This document shows, piece by piece, positions 44,001 through 54,500 of a DNA stretch of 64,000 bases. The position numbers were made by a program, and so were the translations under genes. The stretch covers positions 372,001 through 436,000 of the forward strand of contig CM035362.1 of NCBI GenBank assembly GCA_020137815.1. The letters are read 5' to 3'. Under the pieces are notes generated by a model. That model searched no databases and was not told the DNA's origin. It was given only the letters and a program-made list of their open reading frames with translations. Each line of letters opens with the position of its first letter. The first letter of the stretch is position 1. Origin of the DNA: Hormiphora californensis. Lineage: Eukaryota > Animalia > Ctenophora.

Positions 44001-47000
44001 AAATAACTTGATACTTCCAGAGTTTGCCAAATATTTCAGAATTTCCCTCTTTCATCTGTTTCTTTCCCCTTCGTGCTTTGTCTTGCAGCTTCCTACAATT
44101 AACTTTCTGGTGAAATCCATGGAGAAGCTCTCTGCAATTGTCTTGCCAGCTTTGTTGGACTAGACATGCAGTGGTGACGTAATCACTTTCCAGTATCATT
44201 GAAGCACATTTTCCACCATCTGCGTTCTTGATAATCTCATTCAAATCCCTTTCAAATCTCGCACATACCTCCCGGCTCATCTGACTTTTTGGAAGGCTCA
44301 CCCAGTATACATCCTCCTCTGTGTTCAGTGATATTTTGCTCTTTTCAGTGGGCTTTAGACCACGAATTATCTCCTTGAAATTAGATTCATCTGGTTGGAA
44401 TAGCTTGTTAAGAGGGCCAATTCGGCTGTTAATTCTGGCCACTTCACGACGGCAATCCACTTGGCGACACACTGGGTGACACACTACTGCAACGATACGA
44501 ACACGCCTCTTTTTCTTATCTTTCTTTCCTCTCTTGCCCTCGAGGTCTTTAGCATCTTCCAATCCAGGATCTTTTTCAAGGCCCTCCACAGCACCATGTT
44601 GTACATCTCCTTCTCCTTCCACACCCTCCCCAGCGTCATCTTGTAGTAGAAGTTGTTCATCTCCTTCTGCTAGTGCTTCCACACCCTCCTCAGTTTTGAT
44701 CCCATCCTTCAGTTCAGGCTGCAGTGCTGCTCCGTTCATCAAGTGGTAGACACGTTCTGCAGAGGCGCATTTCAGGCTTTTGTTCCTCATTAACTCATGT
44801 TCACCCTCCCAACCTCGTTTAGGATTCACCGTCAAGTCACAATACTCTCTCCTGCCACAAGAGATCCTTTTAGCTACAATGCTAGCTGCTCGTTGTAGTC
44901 TCCGATACACTACCTCCTTGCATGGCTCCTCTGTCTCCTTGAATGGATCCACTGTCTCCTTGAATGGCTCCACTGTCTCCTTGAATGGCTCCACTGTCTC
45001 CTTGAATGGCTCCTCTGTCTCCTTGAATGGATCCTCTGTCTCCTTGCATGGTTCCACTAGCTCATTCCCCGGGGTAGAAGAAGGAGGTTCATGGGTGAAA
45101 GAAGTCTGGTTGAGACTGGTCACCTCTGGGAGGAACAGTAGGAGGAGGAACACAACAGAGGGAGTCATTTGGGTAGTGATTTGATTTGATTTGAAAAAGG
45201 TAAAATATAAAGATACATTGATACTTCATACAAAACCCGACAGACTCTCTATTAAAATAGATGCCCAAGGCATGAGTGCTTACGTCTTAAATTTAGATAA
45301 AGTGTAAAAATGTAGTATAAAAATACGTCATGTTAGCTATATACACACACGATTAGAAATATATATTGGTTTAATAGTAATAAGTTAAGTTAATAGGTTA
45401 ATAAGTTCCGGAGTAACCCTTCCAAACCCAAACCCTCCCTACCCCAGTCAGTGTCAACTGTCAATTTGTGTCAATTGGTATTGGCGCATCACCGGGCAAC
45501 AACTTTTAAGTTTCAAACATTTCGAACACAACTCCAAACCCATCAACAATTTCTATGACCTCAAACTCCTAAAAACAATAAACATATTATACCATTTACA
45601 ATTGTTGCCAAGTGATCCGCCAATGATAAGGAAAAATTCAGACAGAAGGCTGGATACTAGATGTATTCCACAAATACTTCTTAAGTTCTGAGGAAAATAT
45701 CACATGGTCACTAATGCTACGAATATCATGCGGTAGGGAATTCCACTCTATGTGGGTACGGTAGAAAAAGGAATCTTTAAAAACATCTATTCTAGGGCGC
45801 TCATCACACACTACGTATGTCGTGTCTTTGTTGATTTGTTGTCTTGTACGTGGTCGGTCATTGTCAACAGTTGGGTCAAAACGTCTCATGTAAGGGGGGA
45901 ATTCTATTGGTATAAGCTTGTAAAGTATCTTATGGAACATTTTAAGATCATTATATAGGAACTTAGAAGACATGGGTAGGATCTTAAGTTCCTTGAGCCT
46001 AGTTACGTACACTTCGTTGCTGTAACTACACTCCAATTCATTGAATACCCATTTTACGGCCCTTTTTTGCATCTTTTCAAATTTTTCAATACTAGATGCA
46101 GAAATGGGCCGCCATACTTCGCTACAGTGTTCATATAGTGACCTTACTAAACTAATGAAGAGAGTTTTGCGTTTTTTCTGCGACTGAACTAGGTCAGAAC
46201 ACGTTCTCCTCACTAGACCTACTAGCTCAGAAATGCGCTGAAGGAAAAGGCGATCCATCGAGGAGAAGTAATACAGGAATATGTCATGTACTTTTCCCTA
46301 CCTAGACGCCATGGCTAGGGAAGTCTTTTAATCTGAGGTCATAGACCTCAAATTAATTTGTTTAAAGCAGTGCTGAAAAGCCTGTGTTGGTTGTAGGCGG
46401 TCCTTTTTAAGTTCAGATTCAGAACCCAGGTGTAGGGCGTTAGAGGATAACAACTTGGAGAATAGAGTTGTTGCAACACCAACACTCCTGCGATCAGAGA
46501 AAAGATCTGCCGATTTAGCACCTCTTATGTCATTCAGACTCTTCTTTAGATTATAATAGGGTTGAAGGGCACCAGGTACCATCTCTTCATTGGACAAACT
46601 GTAGCAAGGTGCGAAAATTATAGTACTAGTATTATGAAGGTGCAATTTTTGGTTTCAGAGTCATCGGTTGTCAAGGGGACAGCAGGATCTTCCATAGTCG
46701 TAATAATTATGCAGATTTAAAATCGCTTCAATTAAATGTGCCTTGTACTTGTAAATGGATTGCCACATTTTGGGTATGGTGCGTTTCTGGGACTTGATTG
46801 TTGCTCTATAAGTAGAAGTTCTGTAAAAGGTTTCATGGATCAGGATGTCCCAGTAACCCCCGTTATATGTGAAAATCTAACAAAATTTCCCTCTCCAGGA
46901 ATGTATCACCGCCAGAGAAAGTCATTCTTAACGCATCCAGTTCCTCTCTCATCAACGTGGTGTTTATTGTGGCACTACTGCTAGTATTCGCCTTTACTGG

Positions 47001-48237
47001 TAGGTTCATTGGAACAACTCCTAATATGGAAGTATGATTTTGCCATAAAAGGAGCTGTTTTTTGATACATTAACATAGTATATAAGGAGTTGTTTCTAAT
47101 ATTGTTCCTCCCACCAGGATACATGATATTTAGTTTCCAACCAAGTAGTAATTGTGGACCCTTCTCTGGTCACGCCTCCTTCATTGCTCCTTTCAACTAC
47201 ATTGTAGAGGAGTCAGGTATAGGAAATATAATTTAGTAAGATCTATACGTAGATCAATTCAATCAGATTTAATAGACATAAGGGCCAAAATAAGAATTGA
47301 ATTATTAAGAAATATTACCTGACAAGTTGTTCCATGCAGGTTCATTCAAGACATATGTGCTGGATAACTTGAAGTTGACCTCCTTTGTGGTGATTCTAGC
47401 TGTAGTGGTGGCCATTATTATCTACTATTGTTACTCACTGGCACAGGCGAGGCAACTCACCATACACCTTCTGAGAGAACAAATCAGGGTAAGATAACTC
47501 AGCCATCAGCCGGGGCCTGGTGGGGGTGGGGGCTTCTTCAGTCTTGCAAAGCAAGGACTGATACTCGCTCAAAGGCGCTTCTCTTTCCCTTTTCTTGTGC
47601 GTATGGCCCAGTATGGACCAACTAACCAAATTTCTGGTGGGTCTGCCAATAACAGGGGGTGATATATGACGTCACTGCGTGTTTTCAGGTAGAGAACGAA
47701 GATAAAAAGTACTTGATCGAACAAATGAAGAGGGGAGACTCATCTTACGTAGTCGGGGGAGATCGGGCTGTGGTAAGTGCAGTAGTTATAGATCTTTTTC
47801 ATACTCATATTATAGTCATGCTGCCGTTCTGATTCTCAGTGGTTGCCAGAGGGACAGAGCAATGAAGTCTCTGAGTCAAGCTGTTTTGTATTTCTTTCAT
47901 ATTCTCACCAGCTCACCTGTTCATTTCATTCACACCCACTGTTTCACACAATTAGGTTCAATTCCAAGTCAAGTCACCCACACCACATGATCCATCCCGT
48001 GTACAGTACAACCTTGTGTGGTACCAGTCAAAAGAGGTACAATCCACATCACCCATCCCATTAATTAATTAGTTATTAAATTAGCTAATTAGCTAATTAT
48101 TAATTTGACCTCTCATTATGTTTCAGAAGAAAGACCAGGATAACAAGAAGAAAAAGAAGAAAGTGACAGTTGGAGCGTACGCAAACAGAAACGTAGTCCC
48201 AAAAAACACTCACAGTGAAAATGAATTTGATAATTAA
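27531..48237 (+). CDS. TMC: Transmembrane channel-like (TMC) protein, 25 coding exons, ~991 aa
   Basis: In-frame exon chain with GT-AG boundaries: 27531-27806, 28068-28121, 28293-28493, 28772-28899, 29391-29535, 29709-29849, 30159-30224, 30328-30394, 33171-33233, 39833-39974, 40144-40252, 40405-40493, 40681-40816, 41002-41110, 41259-41370, 41560-41643, 41766-41863, 42039-42115, 42455-42635, 42850-43003, 46899-46999, 47118-47216, 47340-47488, 47689-47772, 48127-48237. TMC motifs: IWGGAIKEIEGNMGSGVATYFRVLRWL, FLTGSGWMEKTPLYIGYY, YNYALAY, GGWDYTI, CWENYMGTELFRL, EFNISKEVLDLCYKQ, PSSNCGPF, ENEDKKYL. Confidence 0.93.
28676..28765 (+). repeat. 14-bp tandem repeat (AACATCTTGCTAAC)x6 just upstream of a TMC acceptor
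   Basis: Unit contains the branch-point-like GCTAAC; acceptor AG ends at 28771. Confidence 0.85.
30752..32245 (-). CDS. Secreted CAP/SCP (PR-1/GAPR-1-like) protein with N-terminal KR-delimited Ser/Thr repeats, nested in TMC intron 8
   Basis: Exons 32245-32208, 32112-31348, 31182-31041, 30898-30752. Signal peptide MFRTTLIVLVLVGCVVA. CAP motifs NQYRALHG, HS, GENL, WYNEI, GHFTQLVWK, LGC, CQYYPAGN. Confidence 0.9.
35348..36690 (+). CDS. Golgi-type carbohydrate sulfotransferase (CHST1-7/GlcNAc-Gal 6-O-sulfotransferase-like), intronless, one frameshift near 35550
   Basis: The type II TM (YCFIVILFMACLLVL) lies in ORF 35348-35557 and the catalytic domain in ORF 35524-36690. Motifs: 5'PSB TQSRHGSTFL, FEPL, KTIR, 3'PB IHLVRDPRAVIYSR, VRYED. 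Nested sense in TMC intron 9. Confidence 0.85.
36962..38251 (+). CDS. Golgi-type carbohydrate sulfotransferase paralog, intronless, 429 aa
   Basis: N-terminal TM. Motifs TESRSGSSWL, FFEPL, KTIR, VHLIRDPRAVMVSR, VRYEDL. Shares TFHELYDGN and WLEGRYK with the upstream paralog. Confidence 0.92.
   Translation: MIISLKRGCLTLLLLLTVYIVSCTIQIKVTLPSAIVLNAPATILRSIPESWVSEEDRERYEVVRFITDIAGILQEPTEVTQIHEEVTREEKGGGSDNVMDPPGLTRIEVSDFFNDIVSDLDISQDRPRLTVLMTESRSGSSWLLSLLGFPSDTMHFFEPLNLEITDRFKEHYSNLSPTEMRSLFQANKLSQICNCKLTDYYAGGMMGYMRNYPGRSHHGEGDRQLTIEEVISDCRSSAMRVAKTIRMYDITELEHLQDLGCMDFKVVHLIRDPRAVMVSRMLTFHELYDGNKKLGPRVEGDMSHFSDEYLRNASRTLCQNHLHNLAHSSDTWLEGRYKRVRYEDLALDPVQSAQEIFEFTRQPWTKEVEQYVWEGSHTKTPGGGYDTKKDTAKVANEWRGRILDRHLVVIEEECREVFEIMGYQFGKTL
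38325..38974 (+). mobile_element. Non-autonomous Helentron-type element (DINE-1/HINE architecture)
   Basis: T-run start, subterminal IR TTCCCTGCCC (38329) / GGGCAGGGAA (38927), 5' hairpin CCCGGGTGAATGCCCGAAGGGCATTCACCCGGG, (GTCC)n microsatellite at 38445, 3' hairpin GCATTATG-AATA-CATAATGC. Confidence 0.75.
39581..39820. repeat. 23-bp minisatellite x10 with palindromic core GTTACCATGGTAAC
   Basis: Ten units (nine with the perfect core) ending 12 nt before the TMC acceptor at 39832. Confidence 0.9.
43000..43620 (+). repeat. ~27-33-bp minisatellite built from a TMC splice donor
   Basis: TCAAGTGAGTATTAGGGAGAGAGAGGGGGA repeated about 20 times, starting at the true donor CAA|GTGAGT (43003/43004). 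Confidence 0.9.
43834..45168 (-). CDS. Intronless secreted Cys-rich protein (444 aa), unknown family, nested antisense in TMC intron 20
   Basis: Uninterrupted 1335-nt ORF. Signal peptide MTPSVVFLLLLFLPEVTS, seven 7-aa (E/D)P(F/C)KET(V/E)-type repeats, an acidic segment, basic cluster GKRGKKDKKKRR and a Cys-rich C-terminal half. Confidence 0.75.
   Translation of the reverse strand: MTPSVVFLLLLFLPEVTSLNQTSFTHEPPSSTPGNELVEPCKETEDPFKETEEPFKETVEPFKETVEPFKETVDPFKETEEPCKEVVYRRLQRAASIVAKRISCGRREYCDLTVNPKRGWEGEHELMRNKSLKCASAERVYHLMNGAALQPELKDGIKTEEGVEALAEGDEQLLLQDDAGEGVEGEGDVQHGAVEGLEKDPGLEDAKDLEGKRGKKDKKKRRVRIVAVVCHPVCRQVDCRREVARINSRIGPLNKLFQPDESNFKEIIRGLKPTEKSKISLNTEEDVYWVSLPKSQMSREVCARFERDLNEIIKNADGGKCASMILESDYVTTACLVQQSWQDNCRELLHGFHQKVNCRKLQDKARRGKKQMKEGNSEIFGKLWKYQVISGCYGGSCYAKCEDFVREVKNNKTMMKMRYIGCDISYIGGKITLVCVGKDKRELC
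45178..46230 (-). mobile_element. 5'-truncated non-LTR retrotransposon (CR1/L2-type ORF2 C-terminus plus 3' UTR)
   Basis: LVRSLYEHCSEVWRP, EKMQKRAVKW, YVTRLKELKILP, FKDSFFYRTHIEWNSLP are typical post-RT ORF2 motifs. Tandem (CAAAT)3 tail at 45178-45193. Confidence 0.85.
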
Positions 48238-48904
48238 TTAACTAAATGATTGATGATTAGTAACGTTTCTAATTATATGATTGTGAATAGAAGTTTCTGT
48301 TTTGGTCATGTTCTTGCAGGTGTAACACAGGAGTGAATCGTTCATAAAAAAATCGAAAACTATTTTCCGCAAACCGACCAGTTTCACTCCGTGAATTCGC
48401 CGGCGACGATGCTTGAACATGAACAAAACATGAAAATATGCTAAATAGATATTATAATGATTATGATGACTGACTGGAATGTTTTGTTTTGCTTTTTTAA
48501 CTTGTTTTCATTTTGTAGTTCAGCTATTTTGTTTAGTAATTGATTACTAAAGTTACCTATTTTCAAATCGCTGTCTATTACTTTACTGGTTTTATGGTAC
48601 CCATACAATTTTACTACACTAAGACTAAATAATAATAATCCTTTTAAGGATCATTTGACAATGATGTCCTTTTACTAGGACATCATGATTAAATTATCCT
48701 TAATAATTATGATCATGATCAAATTTATACATCTCAAACTCCTATAGAAGTCATAATGTACTCCTCTGGCCTCAGTCCATGACTCCATGCATTTACTCAA
48801 CAAATGAACATGCATGCACGAATGTATGGTTGTAGTATGGTTGTAGTTTTCCTTCACATGTATATTTGGACACTTGTACACACTGTGTGCTACCTTGCTA
48901 TCTT

Positions 48905-48931
48905 TTCTCTCTCTTTCTCTCTATCTCTTTC

Positions 48932-49015
<84 letters not shown>

Positions 49016-49020
49016 TCTCC
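48905..49020. repeat. (CT)n microsatellite
   Basis: Direct inspection. Confidence 0.9.
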
Positions 49021-49419
49021 ACATCCCCATTTCTCTTCCTTTTAACTATGTTTGTGTGTTGGATCTACTTCCTCCATGTTGTGGATAGTTGTGCTATAGT
49101 CGACCTCCTTTCTTCTTTGTCCCATGACACTATCATTATAACTGTCGTGATCGTGATCAACTTTACAAAATATATTCAATTGGATCCTGTCAGAGCATTG
49201 GCCTGACAGATTGGATCCCTAATTACCGGCTCCTAACTTATTACTTACCGGGCACCCCGATTTACCGGGCAAAACCCTTCCCGAGCCGGAGCATCCCTCT
49301 AAATATTATGTCCTGGGTACCATACAAACCACACGTGTCACTTGCAATACCGCTTATCTCCCCAAGCAAAACACCACGCAACTGCTATCTCACCCCCATA
49401 CCTCTCACATTTCAGACAC

Positions 49420-49561
49420 ATGATGTTGGTGCGTGTTTGCTTGTTTCTGGCCTTGTTGGGTTGTGTGGTGGTGGGGTGGAGTGATGTACCTGGTGCAGAT
49501 GATGATGATGTGGATATAAACCACTCAGAGGGAACACGTGGCAGATACAAGTAGGTGGTGT

Positions 49562-49644
<83 letters not shown>

Positions 49645-49645
49645 T

Positions 49646-49676
<31 letters not shown>

Positions 49677-51436
49677 TGACAGACAGACTGACAGACTGAC
49701 TGACTGACTGACTGACTGACTGACTGACTGACTGACTGACTGACTGACTGACTGACTGACTGACTGACTGACTGACTGACTGACTGACTGACTGACTGAC
49801 AACCAAAGATAGTAAGTGCAGTATCCTAGTGAGTTCCCCTAACTATTCCTACCAGACCACAGTCAGGACCTGCCCCCTTGGCCTGTCCCCCGTTACCCTT
49901 CTCCCATATCCCTTATTGTTACCCTTCCCCTCCCACTCCCAGTGCTAACGATCCCGTGACCCCTCACTCTATCCCAGTGCTAACGATCCCGTGACCCCTC
50001 ACTCTATCCCAGTGCTAACGATCCCGTGACCCCTCACTCTGGAGTTGTTAACGTCCACGTAGTTCCCCACACACACGATGACGTGGGATGGCTGAAGACT
50101 GTGGATCAGTATTACTATGGGACCCATAACGATATCTACCGGGGTGGGGTGAGTGGGGTTGTTAAAAAGAGCTGCTGGTTTGTTCCAGTAGGATTTCATC
50201 ATTGTATGACCCATATGGTACTCCCATTTCAGAGTCACACAATCATGTGCCTTACAAAACATACCTGGGTATTTTTGTAAGCTGGTCCCTAGCGGTGATT
50301 TACCCATGATGTCCATTGTTCCCCCGTTACTTCCAGGTCCAATATATCCTGGATACAGTGATAGATGAGCTGCTAAAGGATGGGAACAAAACCTTTATCT
50401 ATGTTGAAATGGCTTTCTTTAAACGGTGGTGGGATGAACAGAATAATGACATGAAGAGTACTGTGAGGAAACTTGTCAAAGGTAGGTTGTGACTGTGTAG
50501 TTGTATCACAGTGTATTGTATTGAGGATCAAAAAGGGTTAAACGAAAACCCAAGCTAAAATAGCCCTCAAATCAAGTCATCGCGCGTTACGTACAAGAGT
50601 TGGGTTTAAAAGATGGCATGCGAATGTCAGCAGTGAGTGTGACCTCGCGCGGACTTCTCAATGGTTTTGCGCGCAAAATGGTGTGCTCTCAATCTCATTT
50701 CGTTTGAGCGGGAACGGGAACAAAGGAATCGGAAATTGGACCTGACAAATTGAAAGGATCTTTGATTGTACGGTAGACCAATATATTAATCAGCCAAATA
50801 AGAATAAAATGGACAATCAAATAATCAAACGAACACAAATAAATGTATGAAAATTAATTGATTGTTTTTATAAAAACTCTTTATCAGTTATATTCCCGAT
50901 TCATTGTTCTTGTTCACTTCATTCCTCCTTTAACATACTCGACCCACTTTTTCGATAAAGCATCAATAAAACAGACGGTCGTCCAACAGTGAACACATTG
51001 ATATTTGGGATCTTTTCCATAATCACGTCATATTCTTCGTGTTCATAAAACACCTGAAAGTGAAACAGGATAGAGTGATACTAACAACAACAGAGATTAG
51101 ATGGAAATAAATGAGAATTTAGACTGCGTGTCCCATGTGTTGACTGTTAACAAATGATTTAGAGACCAAAGAACATTCTTATTTCATCAAAATTAGAGTT
51201 GTTCTCTCTTACTTTCACCTGTGCCTGTTTTAAACTCACCAATCAACTAGGATCAGCAGTTCATTAATGATCCCAGAGCTCCTAAACCCCTTCTTCCACT
51301 TTCTTGTTGTAACAATCTGTAAAAAGAAAGTTTTTTGATAATATCGAGTAACTCAGGAAGTTGAAATGCCATTTCGGGACAGGTTAAGGGAATGTACCCC
51401 GGGCTTCCCAATCTCTCTTTCTTCCTCCCATATCCC

Positions 51437-51501
<65 letters not shown>

Positions 51502-54500
51502 CCCTCTCGATCTTAGATCTATGCCAATTACCCAACCAATTGGCAATTACCCGACCCACTCATTTACCTCCATAGTCCATATTGGTAGATGATAGATCGC
51601 ATCGGTGCTGGTTACAGTTATACCAGACCAGTTTGCTGCCTCACAGTTGCAAGTTCCGTTATTATAGCTCGAGTAAGTTAGGAATGTGAGAATCGGTCTG
51701 TCTACTGTCCAATCTATTGTATCCGGGGATAGTTCCTTATTTCCATCTTCCACTGTGTAGTATTGGACCCTAGAGAGGGGGTGGACTATTATTGGGGGAG
51801 GATGGTTTAGTATTGGGCCCATAATGGGAGGAGAAAGGGGAGATGAGAAAGGAGCGAAAAGGGGGGAGATATAATAGCTGCAACTGTGTGATAAGATAGT
51901 ACCTCTGTGTGATAAGATGGTGTCCCCGGTGAGGGATGGTCTGGTATTCCGACCCTCCATGAGCCCGTCCCAGTGCCCCTGGATTGGGAGGTAACTGGGG
52001 AGGTTCCGAAACATATCCAATATCTGGGGAGGAAGTTGATGGATTTAGGGCACACGACCACAATTTAGGGCACAAAACCACAAGATCTACAATCCACACA
52101 ATCCCCAGTTTACTATGTAACCCGTGCTTGTCATGGTGATATTTGGTTATCTTTACAACCCCCCCCCCACCCTGCCAACCATCTTCCACACTTACCTTAA
52201 TAATAGGGGCATCCACTTGTTTAGAATAGCGGCGACTTTGTCTGTTACTAATACTATTTATCGTAAGTATTCGATGACTCTGTCCTCACTCTATCATTAC
52301 TCATTCTCCGCAATCCGCATGCTGTTTCCACCTGATTTAATGTAGCAGTTATTGCAGGCGGAGTTCGATTCTTGGCGACATGTCACGAAATGGGAGGGTC
52401 TAAAGGGGAAGTAAGACATGTCACGAAATGGTAGGCTTCAACGGGGATGTGGTGGATGTGGTCAGAATGATTGAGACGTCAGACGAGTTATAATAAATGT
52501 TATGGTGGGGGGGGGGGGCAAGGCCAAAAAAGCCAGATCAATCCCATATTTAGGGCAGGTTTAGCTTTTTTGGCCCTACTTTTTTGGTCATTTTGGCATG
52601 TAATTCTGACATTATATATGGTCTGTATGACATCAAAAACACTTTAAAATGACTTCTTTGATCTAGTTTTACCATTTTATATCGATAGGGAAAAGATATA
52701 ATATACCGAAAAAAGTTTGATATAAAAAACAGCCAGATCAGAAAAAGCCAAAAAAAGCCAGATCAAAAAAACCCAAAAAAAGGCAGATAAAAAAGGCAGA
52801 TCAAAAAAAGCCAAATCATAACTGCCAAATCAAAAAAAGCCAGATCAAAAAAAGCCAAATCAGACCCGGATTTCAGGGCGGATTCGGCATTTTTGGCCCC
52901 CCGTTATATGGCAGTGACGGCAATCGGCATTGCAATGACGCCACTTTAATATACAACATAAAGCGTGTACCGGGTGTTACACCTGGCCATTACACAGAGA
53001 GAATGACAGAGAGAGAATGACACAGAGAGAATGACAGAGAGAGAATGACAGAGAGAGAATGACAGAGAGAGAATGACAGAGAGAGAGAATGACAGAGAGA
53101 GAATGACAGAGAGAGAATGACAGAGAGAGAGGATAACAGAGAGAGAATGCCGGAGAGAATGACAGAGAGAGAATGACAGAGAGAGAGAGGATAACAGAGA
53201 GAGAGAGGATAACAGAGAGAGAATGCCGGAGAGAGAATGACAGAGGGAGAATGACAGAGAGAGAGAGGATAACAGAGAGAGAATGCCGGAGAGAGAATGA
53301 CAGAGAGAGAATGACAGAGAGAGAATGAGGGGATGAGAGAATAACAGAGAGAGAATGACAGAATGACAGAATGACAGAATGAGAGAATGACAAAGGGAAT
53401 GAGAATGAGAGAGGTGGAGAGAGAATGAGAGAGATGGAGAGCGAGAGATAGAGAGCGAGAGATATATATATATTATATGGAGGCAACCCGAATGTGTTGA
53501 GACGCGCATATCGCGACGCGCATGAGACGCGCATGCGACGCGCACATTGCGACGCGCACCAAATTGGTCAAATTCAATAAATGTGAAAATGCGTTTTTAA
53601 AATTTTAAGACTTGGAGCCTCTTGAACATTTTTGGGAGACTGATGGTGACCCTGAACGAGTCCGAGAACCTCAAAGAGAGTGCACTGGCACAGCATCGGA
53701 AAGAGACTGCACTGTGCAGAGCACGCAGCATCCATAAGAGCGCGCGCTTACCACGTGAAAGGGACTCACCGCGCGAAGTAGGCAGTACTTTACCCTTAAT
53801 TTTCTTCTCGCGCGTTACATAACAGTCGATTTCACACACTATTGTCTTCGGAGACTCGATGAACAAGACTGAAATCAAGGATGAGAAGATAAATGAGACC
53901 AATTAGATTCTTGAGTTGTTAATTGTTTACAAATAAGATCAACACACTTTTGGATTACGTGATTATTTGAAAATTCTATACTAGAGAGAAATATTTCGTT
54001 GCTAAAGTGCGTTTCAAACGACTTGACCTGAGATTCCTGGAAATTCAGGATTTCCCCTTTGTAAATACACGCGCAATGCGCCGAATTCCAAGAATTACGG
54101 GTCAAGTCGCTTGAAACGGACTTTAATTTCAGACCAAAAGTGTGTGGGAAGAATTAAAAAACACATTCATTTCGTTTCCATTAAGTTTCAGTGTACATAA
54201 ATCAATTTTGTTACTTTTACATTAGTTTGTTTTGCATTGACTACGTGTTGTTGACATGTAATTGACTTGTAACTATATTTGATTTAACGCTCAAAAGTAA
54301 AACTGAAAAGCTAAACATTTTTTTGACAATACATTGCCAAATACAACCATCATTATCAAGTTATCAATGATCTCGAGATAGTAATTGAGCAAAATCACAC
54401 GAGTTTCACGGCCAAAGACGGTCACTGTCTTTGCTCCATTACCTCTACTCCCACTTTAAAAGATAAGGTTCTACTTATTCCGTGTTACTGTTATTGATTC

